The notes under the pieces are model-generated. The model made no database searches. It was not told where the DNA came from and saw only the letters and a program-made list of their open reading frames with translations. The position numbers and the translations under genes were made by a program. Positions 48,625 to 59,800 of a DNA stretch of 64,000 bases are shown one piece after another; position 1 is the stretch's first letter; each line of letters starts with the position of its first letter. This stretch comes from Cenarchaeum sp. (GTDB lineage: Archaea; Thermoproteota; Nitrososphaeria; Nitrososphaerales; Nitrosopumilaceae). Where the stretch lies: assembly GCA_965242695.1 (NCBI GenBank), contig CBDESU010000001.1, positions 1,632,001-1,696,000 on the forward strand, in the 5' to 3' direction.

Positions 48625-49080
48625 CTACCCAACATTTGATTTTATGTGCTTGATGTCTATAATTTGCTGAATGTTGCCGACGCTGTATATAGGCTCTCCA
48701 AACGCATTATATTTCTCATACTTGAGAACCTTTGTCACTACAGGTCGTACGAGGATTTTATAGCCATCCTTGGTGTGGTATTCTTGCCACACTTCTTCTG
48801 TCATAGAAAAATCTACCTCTATGGGACGGTCCACGGATGGGTTAATGCCAGTGCTACTGGGTTCTTTTTTCAGGTGCTCCGGCACAATGGCGCATACGAT
48901 ACTTATGGTGTTGACCGCAATACTCGGATATCCTGTAGCGTCTATCCTATCACTTTCGATCATTTTTGTTGCCGGGATTTTTACCTTCAAAAGTGTGCGA
49001 TCTGCCAATAAGTAACGCGTGTATTCTTCTTTAACGACTTGAAAGTCGATCTCCCCCATCGGCGATGCAGTGATGCTCAT
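48625..49080 (-). CDS. Hypothetical protein with an internal domain duplication (AT-rich)
   Basis: EIDF...EEYTRYLLADRTLLKVK...GYPSIAV versus EVDF...EVWQEYHTKDGYKILVR...GEPIYSV. Confidence 0.8.
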   Translation of the reverse strand: MSITASPMGEIDFQVVKEEYTRYLLADRTLLKVKIPATKMIESDRIDATGYPSIAVNTISIVCAIVPEHLKKEPSSTGINPSVDRPIEVDFSMTEEVWQEYHTKDGYKILVRPVVTKVLKYEKYNAFGEPIYSVGNIQQIIDIKHIKSNVG

Positions 49081-49081
49081 T

Positions 49082-49330
49082 CTAATCTACCTCGTACCTT
49101 ATTTTCACCTTTTTGTATCCAGGCACATGAACTTTGTTGACCATCAGACCATCTAAAGTCTTCTTAAACTCTTCGGAGTCGATCTTTTTGTTGGAAGTTT
49201 TCTCTATTATTTCCAAGACAACGTCGTCAACAACATTCTTCTCCACTCCGTGCAACTTGGATGCAACGGCACCCAAAGTTGACATCGCACTGAAGAAGAC
49301 GTCGATTGGGCTCGTACGACATCCCCTCAC
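49082..49330 (-). CDS. Hypothetical protein (AT-rich)
   Basis: GTGA overlap with the upstream gene and a 1-nt gap to the downstream gene. Confidence 0.65.
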   Translation of the reverse strand: MRGCRTSPIDVFFSAMSTLGAVASKLHGVEKNVVDDVVLEIIEKTSNKKIDSEEFKKTLDGLMVNKVHVPGYKKVKIRYEVD

Positions 49331-49713
49331 TCTACCTTTGACGATTCTTCAATCAGGTGAATCGCCATGTTGACAAGCATGTCATACGCATCATCGGTCA
49401 TGTCGACGCCTTTGTCCTTAAGGAGTATATCCAAGTACGTGCGAACCTTCGATCGCGCCTCACGGATTTGCAGTGCATCCAAGCCCTTCGCCCTCAGCTT
49501 GTCGTCAATGTACTCGTCCTTGAGACACTCGCGGTTTATCACTATCTCATGGGACTCAGGGTCGGTCGTATCGATGCCGACCGGCTCTATTGCATAGGTG
49601 ATAGTTCGCGGAGCCTCCGTGATCGCCACCATGCCGCCGCCGTACTCGATGTACTTACTGCCCGGCCGATCTGCGGTAGACCTTGCCAACACTGTGCCTT
49701 CCATGCCCTCCAC
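49327..49713 (-). CDS. Hypothetical protein, first gene of a 3-gene operon
   Basis: TATAAA box about 22 nt upstream; 128 aa, acidic. Confidence 0.7.
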   Translation of the reverse strand: MEGMEGTVLARSTADRPGSKYIEYGGGMVAITEAPRTITYAIEPVGIDTTDPESHEIVINRECLKDEYIDDKLRAKGLDALQIREARSKVRTYLDILLKDKGVDMTDDAYDMLVNMAIHLIEESSKVE

Positions 49714-49878
49714 AAAGAAAGGCCGCCGGTGCGCTTTATAAGTCTATTATCCCCCACTCGGCGGCGAGCCATGGGTTCGTTCGGGCGCCCATGTGCAACT
49801 ATGCCATAGGCATCAATAGTACGGTATGCGGGTGGTAGTGCGCCCCACAGTTAAATAGCGATCGCATCGCGGCGGCGC

Positions 49879-51657
49879 GTGCGCGCCTTCAAGGGCAAGA
49901 CAGTCATGGTGACGGGCGGCGGTACCGGAATCGGGCTGGCGGTGGCAAGGCGGTACGCCTCAGAGGGCGCAAGCGTAATCATACTCGGCCGGCGCAGGGC
50001 CCCCCTGGAGGAGGCGGCCGCAACGCTGCGCGGCGAGGCCGAGGCGGCCGGCTGCGGCGGGACGGTGCGCACGTTTGACGGCGTAGACGTCGCCGACGGG
50101 GCCGCCGTCTCTGCAATGTTCGACGAGCTCGAGAGGTCGGGGGCGTCCCTGGACATACTCGTCAACAACGCAGGCGTGTCTGGCCCCGTCACGTGCTTTG
50201 CAAGCTGCGACCTGTCCGAGTTTGCGAGCGCGGTCGCCATACACCTTACCGGGACGTTCTGGACGTCGAGGGAGGCGCTGCGCATCATGGGCGAGGGGTC
50301 GAGGATTGTCACGATATCGACGTTCTTTACCGAGGAGAGGCCGCTCGAGCAGCGCCCGTACAGGTTCCGCTCCCCGTACACCGCGGCGCAGGGCGCCAAG
50401 AACCGCCTGGCCGAGGCGCTCGGGTGGGAGCTCTACGGCAAAAGGATCGCGTCGGTGGCGACCAACCCCGGCCCCGTCCACTCGGACCGCATATACAAGA
50501 CGGTCTACCCAAAGGCCGCCGCCGAGTTCATGCGCGTCCGCGGGTTCGAGTCGCTCGGTCCCGAGGACGTCCGCGCCGCATGCGGCCTCGTGCTCCCGCT
50601 GCTCGGCGAGGGCGAGCAGGCCGTCCGCGAGGGGCTCGACGCGGCCGCCGCCAAGCTGCGCGAAGGCGGCGGGGAGGGCCCCGATGCGGCGCTGCTCGGC
50701 AGGCTCCTCTCGAAGGTGCAGGAGGTAGCCGAAAAGATCCAGTCCAATACGGCAGGCATGATAGCCGACCGGCAGTTTCTCTCGCAGGACAACGTCGCAT
50801 CCACGGTCGCGGCCCTCTCTGGCGACGAGCTAGCGCCCATACTCTCCGGCAAGGTCATACCCGGCGACCGCGTCTTCTACCCCGTGCGGGCCCACGTCGG
50901 CGGGGCGCCGCCCGGCGTTCCGCAGCCGCCGGACCTGTCCGGCAGGTCGGTCGTCGTCGCAGTCGGGAGTCCCGACGAGCGGACCGCGGCCGAGGCGGCC
51001 GCGATCGCCTCGCATGCAAAGGGGCGCGGCGCGGGGACGGTCTGCATCGCCCCTGCCGGCATGCCGGCGTCCGCGCGCGGCCCCCTCTCGGGCCAGCACG
51101 TGCACGATGCCGACCTGTCCGATGCGGCTGCCATCGACGGGCTGCTTTCCAGGGCCTCGTCCGCATTCGGCCCCGTGTCGGCCGTCGTCCACGTCACGGG
51201 CGGCGTGCCCGGTTCGGGCCCCCTCTCGTCGCTCGGCAGGGAGGAGTGGGATGCGCTGGTGCGGCAGTTTGTCACGACGCCGGCGACCGTAGCCCACAGG
51301 GCCCTTGCGCACTTTGTGCCCGGCGGGGGCGACGACCCGCGCAGGTTCCAGGGCGCAGAGGGCCGCGTCGTCATAGTCGGCCCCGCGCTGCCGTCCGGCA
51401 GAAAGGTGCCCGGCGCCGAGAGGGCGCGCGTCGAGGTGTTCCGCGGGGCGCTCAGGCCGTTTGCCGCCACCGTCAACCAAGAGCTGTCCGACGTCCTAAA
51501 GTCGAGCGCGCGCGTGTTCGTCGCCCTGGGAGGTACAGTCGACGGGGCCGAGCCGAGCGCCGAGAGGATGGGCCGCGCCCTGGACTACCTTGTGTCTCCA
51601 GAGGCCGCCTCGTCGGCCCAGGTGGCATTCTGCGTCGACGAGGAGCGGCGCGCGTAA
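49879..51657 (+). CDS. Two-domain SDR oxidoreductase resembling Chloroflexus-type malonyl-CoA reductase modules
   Basis: TGGGTGIG, LVNNAG, PYRFRSPY, PGPVHSDRI, followed by a second degenerate Rossmann domain. Confidence 0.85.
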   Translation: MRAFKGKTVMVTGGGTGIGLAVARRYASEGASVIILGRRRAPLEEAAATLRGEAEAAGCGGTVRTFDGVDVADGAAVSAMFDELERSGASLDILVNNAGVSGPVTCFASCDLSEFASAVAIHLTGTFWTSREALRIMGEGSRIVTISTFFTEERPLEQRPYRFRSPYTAAQGAKNRLAEALGWELYGKRIASVATNPGPVHSDRIYKTVYPKAAAEFMRVRGFESLGPEDVRAACGLVLPLLGEGEQAVREGLDAAAAKLREGGGEGPDAALLGRLLSKVQEVAEKIQSNTAGMIADRQFLSQDNVASTVAALSGDELAPILSGKVIPGDRVFYPVRAHVGGAPPGVPQPPDLSGRSVVVAVGSPDERTAAEAAAIASHAKGRGAGTVCIAPAGMPASARGPLSGQHVHDADLSDAAAIDGLLSRASSAFGPVSAVVHVTGGVPGSGPLSSLGREEWDALVRQFVTTPATVAHRALAHFVPGGGDDPRRFQGAEGRVVIVGPALPSGRKVPGAERARVEVFRGALRPFAATVNQELSDVLKSSARVFVALGGTVDGAEPSAERMGRALDYLVSPEAASSAQVAFCVDEERRA

Positions 51658-51664
51658 AGGGGCA

Positions 51665-52159
51665 ATGGCTGCCGATCCGCAGGGGCCGCTGCGCGCCGGC
51701 GAGACGTTCGACGCAGAGTTTGCCATCACGCGCCAAGAGGCCGACGCGCATGCCAGGCTTGCCAGGATCGACAACGAGGACGTGCTTGCGGGGGCCGCCG
51801 GCGGCGGGGCGCCGCCTGCAGTGCCCGGCCGGGCCATCCTGGCTCGGATCGAGGGCGAGATGACGCGGCACCCGCGCATGCGCGGCAGGCGCCCGCTCCT
51901 GGCCGGCGCCGACGGCGACCCCGCGTGGGGCGGGCGCAGCGTGAGGTTCGTCAGGCCGCTGCCCGCCGGCGAGCGCCTCCGCGTGCGGTACACCGTGTCG
52001 GCTGTCGGGGCCGGCGCCGGCGGCGGCGGGGAGGGGAACAGGATCGCCGTCGACTTTGAGGGGCGCGACGACTCTGGGCGCGCCGTCGTCGTTGCGCGGC
52101 GCAACCTGTACGTTCTCGGCGCCGCGGGCCGGCGGCCGGATGCGCGGCAGAGCCCCTAG
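51665..52159 (+). CDS. Hotdog-fold (MaoC-like) protein
   Basis: VPGRAILARIEG...VRFVRPLPAGERLRVRYTV. Confidence 0.7.
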   Translation: MAADPQGPLRAGETFDAEFAITRQEADAHARLARIDNEDVLAGAAGGGAPPAVPGRAILARIEGEMTRHPRMRGRRPLLAGADGDPAWGGRSVRFVRPLPAGERLRVRYTVSAVGAGAGGGGEGNRIAVDFEGRDDSGRAVVVARRNLYVLGAAGRRPDARQSP

Positions 52160-52959
52160 AACTCGCCCAGGTCGGCGATCGCGTCGTGGAACATCTTTGC
52201 AGACACGGCGAGTATGACCGTCGATGCAAGCACCCTCAGCCACTTTTCCCTCATGTGCATCGACAGCCTTGCGCCGAGCAGCCCCCCTACGAACACGCCG
52301 GCCATGAGGGGCGCGCCAAAGAACACGTCGGGGTTTCCAAGGACCAGGTGCACGGCGATGCCCGATAGGGCCGTGAACAGCAGCGCAAACTGCGACGTCG
52401 GGGCCGCGCGCACCATCCCGATGCCCATGGCGGCGACCATGAGCGGGACGAACACGACCCCGCCGCCGATGCCAAAGAAGCTAGACACCGTCCCGCCAAA
52501 AAAGCTCGCGCCGACCACGAGGACGGCCATGAGGCGCGGCGAGGACAGGAGCGACCCTCCCGCCGCCCCTCCGCCGTCCGCGTCGTCCGCGCCGCCCTCC
52601 ATCCTCGACCTCATCACAATGTACACGGCCGCGGCCACCAGCAGTGCCCCGAACAGGGCCTTGAACATCCACGGCGCGCTGTCCGTCGTGAGGACCGCCC
52701 CGAGGATCGTGCCTGGCACGGACAGCGCGCTGATCCTCAGGCCCAGGCGGTAGTCGATCCGCCCCTGCCTAGAGTACGAGATCGTAGAGGCCGCCGCGTT
52801 GCTCAGGGCCACGAACAGGCTGTTGCTGGCCGCCGTAACCGGCGGCACGCCGAGTATGGTAAGGGCTGGCACCACGACGATGCCGCCGCCGAGCCCGATC
52901 ATCGAGCCGAGGACGCCGGCGGCAAGGCCGAGGGCCGCGAACCCGGCCTGCTCTATCAT
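52156..52959 (-). CDS. TauE/SafE (TSUP) family membrane transporter
   Basis: Duplicated GxGGG motifs (GLGGGIVVVP and GIGGGVVFVP); about 8 TM helices. Confidence 0.92.
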   Translation of the reverse strand: MIEQAGFAALGLAAGVLGSMIGLGGGIVVVPALTILGVPPVTAASNSLFVALSNAAASTISYSRQGRIDYRLGLRISALSVPGTILGAVLTTDSAPWMFKALFGALLVAAAVYIVMRSRMEGGADDADGGGAAGGSLLSSPRLMAVLVVGASFFGGTVSSFFGIGGGVVFVPLMVAAMGIGMVRAAPTSQFALLFTALSGIAVHLVLGNPDVFFGAPLMAGVFVGGLLGARLSMHMREKWLRVLASTVILAVSAKMFHDAIADLGEF

Positions 52960-53777
52960 GCGCCGGCCGCGCGCGCCCCCGTATTATTGCTATCAAGGGC
53001 ATCCTCGGCCGCGGCCATGGCCCTCTCCCACGCGGCCACGGCCTCTAACACGTCCGTCCCCGCATCCTCGCGCGCCGCCGCGGCCGCGGCGGCCGGCGCG
53101 GCCTGCTCGGCCGCGGCGGCGGCCAGGTTCTGCGCCCTCGTCACCAGCCGCATCGTCTTCTTCCAGTGCCTCACCTTTTCCATCGACTCTGTGCGCTGCT
53201 GCTTGGCGTCCTCCCACATGTCGGCCCGCCCCAGATCCAGATCGCCGCCGGTGTTCCACTTGCACTCGCCGGCCACGTACCTTGCCAGGTCCGCCGCCAG
53301 CTCTGCGGCGCTCTCCTTGAACACCTTTGTATTCTCGCCTGCGCTGGCCGCGTTGCTGCCCGCGCCGAGCGCCTGCTCGCGCGCCCTAGCGGCCCAGCTG
53401 CGCACCAACGCGGCGTCCCTTGGCTTTCCCGCCCGCTTGTGCGCCGTGGACGCCTTCATCATCTCGGCCGACATCGCATGTCCGCGCTTTGACGACCGCC
53501 TGAACGCCCTGCCGGCCCGCCTCATCGACCTGGCGGCCCGCCTCATGGCCTTGACGGCCCGCCCTATCTCATCCGGGTCTACCCTGTCCTGCGCGCCGGC
53601 CGCCCGCCCGTACGCCTCGGCCACCCGCTTTATCTCGCTGTCGGCCTTGGCCTTGGCGGTCCACGCCGCCCCGAGCTCTGCGCACGCCGCAACCTCGTGC
53701 GCCGACCCCGCCCACGTCCTTGCGGCGGCGACCGCCGCCCATACGGCAGCCGCCGCGTCAGACCTCGCGCCGTCCAC
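52956..53777 (-). CDS. Ala-rich all-helical protein, paralog 1
   Basis: Full-length similarity to 61923-62723 and to 63444->64000; GTG start inferred from the shared promoter. Confidence 0.75.
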   Translation of the reverse strand: MDGARSDAAAAVWAAVAAARTWAGSAHEVAACAELGAAWTAKAKADSEIKRVAEAYGRAAGAQDRVDPDEIGRAVKAMRRAARSMRRAGRAFRRSSKRGHAMSAEMMKASTAHKRAGKPRDAALVRSWAARAREQALGAGSNAASAGENTKVFKESAAELAADLARYVAGECKWNTGGDLDLGRADMWEDAKQQRTESMEKVRHWKKTMRLVTRAQNLAAAAAEQAAPAAAAAAAREDAGTDVLEAVAAWERAMAAAEDALDSNNTGARAAGA

Positions 53778-53797
53778 GCCACGCACCTCCACATGCG

Positions 53798-53820
53798 GCC
53801 TTTATGCCGTTCGATCGGCC
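53798..53820 (-). promoter_or_regulatory. 23-bp promoter element shared with paralog 2 (GGCCGATCGAACGGCATAAAGGC)
   Basis: Identical to 62745-62767; ATAAA lies 23-24 nt before the inferred GTG. Confidence 0.6.
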
Positions 53821-53863
53821 TGCTCGTCCGGCAGGGGCGCCGCATTCTTCTGCGGCCGCAGCT

Positions 53864-56800
53864 TCAGTCCGCCCGTATGCGGGATCGGGCGCGGCGTCCA
53901 AGGCGCACCGCGTACCACGCGCCGGCGGCCGGGGCCGCGACGTACATGCCGGCTACGAGTGCGATCGCCAGCGCTCCGTACGCGACGACGCCGTGCTCGG
54001 ACCCGGGCTCGGCCAGATCGACGACCTGGAGGGCAAGGAGCATCGGCGCGACAAGGGCGGCCACGGCCTGGCGGAACGCGGGGTGCTCGCGCTCCAGGTC
54101 GGCCACCTGCGGCGAGAGCGCATAGTACGCGGCGCCGAACGCGGCCATGAACGCCCTGCCAGACTCTGTCGTCAGGAGCGTAGAGTCGCGGACCTCGCGG
54201 AGATGCTGCACCTGCGGGGCGATCTCGGTCCCGTACGCGGCCGTCGCGATCAGGCAGCCGCCCTCGTCGTCGTCGTCGACGGCGGCGGGAGTCGTCCCGG
54301 GATCGGCTGCGGTCGGCGCCGTCGGCGGCGGCCGCTCGTCGGCATCCGGCGCATCGGGCCGATCCTCGCCCGGGTCGGCCGGCGGCGGCGGTATGTCGAT
54401 CTCCCGCGGCTCTGGGCCGGCGGGCGCATCGGGCCTGTCGGCCGGCGGCGGCGCTTCGGAAGGCTGCGTCGGGTCGGCGGGCGCATCGGGCCTGTCGGCC
54501 GCGGGTTGCTCGCCAGAGGGCTGCGTCGGGGCGGCCGCATCCGGACCTGCGGCCGGCGGCATTCCGTACGCCCTGAATACGACCTCGCCGGTGCACTGCC
54601 CGCCCGTCCGCACCGTCTCGGATGCGATCGACATTGTCCTGCCCTCGACGGCAGTCGCCCTGATCGACAGTATCGGGTCGTCCGGCAGCGGCGCCTCGTA
54701 GACGACGCGGCCCTCGGGGTGCGGCCCGTCGGCCACTCGTGCGACGGCCACGCCGTCCGACGACAGGACGTCGACGTCGGCCTGAACCCCTGCGCCGGCC
54801 GTTATGCGGATCGTCCCCTCGTTGCAGTCCCACGAGGCCGCGTACAGGATCACCTGGCCCGGGCCGCCCGGCAGCACGCGGGTGCCGCCCCCGCCCCCTC
54901 CGCCGCCGCCCCCGCCCCCTCCGCCGCCGCCAAACGGCGAAAAGGGCGTTCCGGCCACGACCTGCGGCGTCGCCACCACTGGCGGGTCGGGCGTATCAGG
55001 GACGACGAGCGTGACCGTCATTTTCTGCATCGCCCTGCCCGGCGAGGCTATTGCGATGTCGCTCGAGTGGGAGAGGGACCCTGCCGCGCCCGGCTCTGGA
55101 AGGGCCAGGTCGGCGTCGTTGCCGTCTGCGTCGCGGATCGTCCCCCCATTGAGGGACAGCGCATCCGTGCCGGTATAGTCCAGGTCCGCCGCCATGTCAC
55201 CCTGCTGCACCGCGTACCGGAACAGCACGGTCGCAGAGTCGGCCGAGACGTACGTGGCGTTTCGGTCGACGGCGCCCGTCTCCAGCTCCAGCAGGGGCGC
55301 GCCAGCGACGCTGACATTCCCGGTAAACACGACCGCAATGTCGATCGCCGCGCCCGGCCCGTACGTCCCGTTGGCGCTGCGCGACTCGACGCCAGAGACG
55401 ACGGGCCCCTGGCCGTCGCGCCCGTCGGCCAAGCCGACCGCGAAGAACGCGCTCAGGCGGTACGTGTAGATCGCATAGTCCTTTACGTCAGAGGGGCCGG
55501 CGGGTGCAACGTGGCAAAACGGCGCCGAGCTGCCGCGGCCGCCGCGGCCCTCGAGCCACCCGGCCGGATCGTCGGCGCTGCCGCATGCGGGTATCTCCGT
55601 GGACGTGTTCATGCTGTCCATGTGGTAGACCCGCGCAGGCGAGGGCTGGCCGACCAGCAGTATGTGCGCGGGGCGGTCCAGGTCGATGTCCGCCCCTGGA
55701 TCGCCGACCTCGATTACGGCCCCGATCCTGGCCGCATCGCCCGCGGCAGGCCCTGCCACTGCCGCCGCCCGCCGCTGATCGCTAGCCGCCGCGACGCTGA
55801 TCGTCCCGTCGTACGGCATGCCGGTGGCGTTGTCCGTAAGGGCCGTGTTCGGGCCAAACGTGACAGCTGCCGCGTCCGTGGACACGGTAATGTTCCTGCC
55901 CGGAATCATGCCCGCCGGCACCTGGATCGCCGCGCTGTCGTTGCCGCGAACTGTTCCCACGGCGCCGCCCTGAGAGATGACGATGGGCGGCGATCCCGGC
56001 CCGACAACCACGGTCGAAGGCGACCCGACGACGATGAATCCGCCTAGCCGGTACGTGTGGATCGCATAATCCATCGTGGCGGCGCCGCTGCCGCCGGACT
56101 GGGTGGCGGCGTAGCAGAACGGCATGTCGGCGCCGCTGCCGCCGCGCTCCGCCAGCCACCCGGCCGGATCGTCGGCGCTGCCGCAGGGGAGCACCTCGGT
56201 GGCCGCGTTCATGCTGTCCATGTGGAACACCTGGGCCGGCGAGGGCTGGCCCTCCACCACTATGCGCGCCGGAATCGTCAGGGCAAGGTCTGCGCCCGGA
56301 TCGCCGATGTCGAGCGCGGCGCCGAGCCTGTCGCCAGAGCCGGCCCGGGTGACGGCCACGTACTCTGCCGCGGCCTTGCGGTCGCCGCCCTGGGCCGTGA
56401 CGTTGATGACGCCCGTGTACGGCAGCCCCGTGCCGGCAAGGTCGACGGCCGCGCCCTGCGCAAACGCAACCGCGGCCAGGTCAGACGAGATCGTCACCTC
56501 GCCGTCGCCCGGGAGCAGGCCGCATACCACGCGGACGGCCGTGTCGTTGGCCAGGACGGCCGGCGCATCGCCGACCACTATGCGGCTAGAGTCCGTGAGC
56601 GAGCCTGGGCCCCCTGGCGCCGGAAGCTCGAGGCTGGCGGCGTGGCCGGCGGCGCCCCACGCCAGGCCGCGCGTCTGCAGCGCGCCCGTTCCCGCATAGT
56701 CCAGGCAGGTGGCGCTGTCGCCCCGCCCGATCTCATAGGTGAACGTCAGCGCATCCGTGCCGTTGCCCATGGCATACTTGGCAGTGCCGCTGCTGCCACC

Positions 56801-59800
56801 CGCCCCGATCAGCAGGCGCGGCTCCCCGCCCGCAAGCGTGACGGCCTCGCTGAACGCGACGGTGATGTTGATCGTCCTGCCCGCGGCGTACACCCCGTCC
56901 TGCCCCGGCGCGGCGACGCTTTTGACGTACGTCGGGGACAGGCGGATCAGCTGGATGCCGTCGTCGTGGTATGCCGACACGATGGCGTACGTTCTGCCTT
57001 CCATCCCGAACGTGTCTATTCCGGAGGCGCCCTCCAGCTCGTCAAAGCCGCCCTCGTTGTCCGTCGCCGACCCGGCCGCCTCGAGTGTGCCGTCTGCGTG
57101 GATGCGGACAAGCTGGATGCCGCGGTCCTCGCGCGAGGCCACGACGGCGTACGTGCCGCCGCCGGCCTCGAACGCGTCGACGTCGTACGCCCCCCTGAGC
57201 TCGTCAAAGCCGCCCGTGTCGTCGGCCGCCGACCCGGCCGCCTCGAGGGTGCCGTTTGCGTGGATGCGGACAAGCTGGATGCCGTGGTCGTCGCGCGAGG
57301 CCACGATGGCGTACGTGCCGCCGCCCATCTCGAACGTGTCGACGGCGGTGGCGCCCCTCAGCTCGTCAAAGCCGCTGCTGCCGTCTGTCGCCGAGGCGCC
57401 GGGCGAGAGGGCGCCGTTGCCGTCGATGCCGACCAGTCGGATTCCGTCGTCGCTGCGGACGGCCGCGATCGCGTACGCGCTGCCGCCCATGCTGAACGCG
57501 TCCACGCCCCAACGGTTTCCCTCCACGTTGCGCGCGCTGCCAAAGGCGGCCGACGAGTTTGCGGCCAGGGTGCCGTCGGGTCGCACTAGGAGCATCTGGA
57601 TGCCCCTGTCGACTCCGGCCAAACCCACCGCGGCGTAAGTGTTGCCGCCGGCCTCGACCGTGCCGATTCCGGTCGCGCCGTGGAGCGTGCCAAATGATGC
57701 CGCGCCGCTTCCGTCGGCCACCGAACCGGTGGGCGAGAGCATGCCGTCGGGGTCGATGCGGATGCCCTGGATGCCGTCGGTCCATGTCGTCACCAGCGCG
57801 TGCGCGCTGCCGCCGATGTTTAGCGCGGTAATGCCCCAGGGCCCCTCCAGCATGAATTCCCTAGCATCGTCGGCCGCCGCATCGCCGGACTTCGGGCCGG
57901 CCGCCGAGCTCACCGCCTCGAGGGTGCCGTCCCCTCGGATGCGGACGAGCTGGACGCCGCTGTCCCCGTTGGATGCCACGATCGCGTACGCCCCGCCGTC
58001 CATCTCAAAGGCCGAGACGCCCTCGGCGCCGGCGATCGTCCCAAAGTCGTCGCTGCCGTCGGTTGCCGAGCTGATCGGGACGAGTGCGGGGCGCTGCGCC
58101 GCATCTATCCCGATGCCCGCCGAGGCGCCGAGCGAGCCGCGCGACCCGGGGGCCGGAAGCGGCAGGTCTGCATCGTTGCCGTCCGCGTCGCGGATCGTCC
58201 CGCCGTTGAGGGACAGCGCGCCCGTGTCGTTGTAGTCCAGGCTGGCGGCCATGTCGCCGGGCTGCACCGCGTACCAGAATTCGATATTCTCACTCCCGTT
58301 TCCGCCCACATAGACGGCGGTCCTGGTAGGCGTCGTGTCCAAGGCCAGCATGGGCGCGCCGGTGACGTTTACGTCCTCGCTGAACTCCACCCCAATCGAG
58401 ACTATCCTGCCCGTGCCGTACGTGCCGCCGGCGTCGGGCGAAGTGACTCCCAAGACAACCGGCGTCAGCGGCGCGCGGATCACAATGTCGTTCGTTGCGC
58501 CGAGCGAGCCGTCCATGCCCGGCTCCGGCAGCGTCCTGTTGGCCTCCCTGCCGCCTATGATGCTTGTAATGTTCCCGCCGTTGAGGGACAGCGCATCCTT
58601 GCCGGCGTAGTCTAGGCCGTCAGCCGTGTCGTTTGGATGCACCGTGTACAGGAACGAGATGGTCGAGCTCTCGCTTCCTCCCGTGTAGGTGGCGTTGCGC
58701 GGCGGTTCCGTGTTCAGTGTCAGCACGGGCGCGCCGGTGACGTTTACGGCCTCGCTGAACCTGACCGCAATGGAGACGTTCTTGCCCGTGCCGTATATGC
58801 CGTCGGCAGAGTCGACTCCCACGACCTGCGGCATCGTGGGCGCAAAGATTGTGATCTCGGCTGCTGCGAGCGAGCGGTTGTGGCCCGGTGCCACCAACGT
58901 CGTGTTGGCCGCCACGCCGCCTGCGCTGCCCATGATGCTCCCGCTGCCGAGGATCAGGGCGTTCGTGTCGTTGTAGTCTAGGACGTTGGCCATGTCGCCG
59001 GGCTGCACCGTGTACAGGAACGAGATGTCGGCGCTCCCGCTCCCTCCCGCGTACGTGGCGTTGCGCGGCGGCTGGGTCGAGAGAGCCAGCATAGGCATGC
59101 CGGTGACGTCTACGGGCTCGGTGAACTCTACCACGATGGTGATGTTCTTGCCCGTGCCGTACGTGCCGCCGGCATCGTTGTCGGATGCGACGCGCCAGAC
59201 CCCCAGCGGCGTATCAACCTCGATGTCCGACGAGTTGGAGAGTGAGCCGCGCTCGCCCGGCGCCGGCAGCTCGATGTCGGCGATGTGGTTCCCGGCGCCC
59301 ACTATAGCCCCGCGCGTCTGCAGCGCGCCCGCGCCGGCATATTTCAGGCCGTCGGTAGCATCGCCGCGCCCCACCGTGTAGCGGAACGTCAGCTCATCCG
59401 TGCCACTGCCCGCGATGTACTTTGCAATGCCGGTGCCGTCGCTACCGCTGCCAGTCTCGAGCACCAGACGCGGGTCACCCACAGTGGTGACGTTTTCGCT
59501 GAACGCGACGGTGATGTTGATCATCTCTCCTGCCTCATACGTGCCATCCTGCGCCGACGTGGTGACGTTGACGACGTATGCGGGGGACAGCCGGATCAGC
59601 TGGACGCCGTGGTCCCACCACGATGCCACAATGGCGTACATGTTGCCTCCCATCTCGAACGTGTCGACTCCAGTGGAGCCAGAAAGCGTAGACCAGGTCG
59701 GCCCGGCAGGGCGGGAAGTCGCGAACGCATCGCGGTTCGAAACCCATCCGTCGCGCGCCCGCCCCGCGTCCGAGAGCGTCCCGTCGCCTATGTTGATGCG

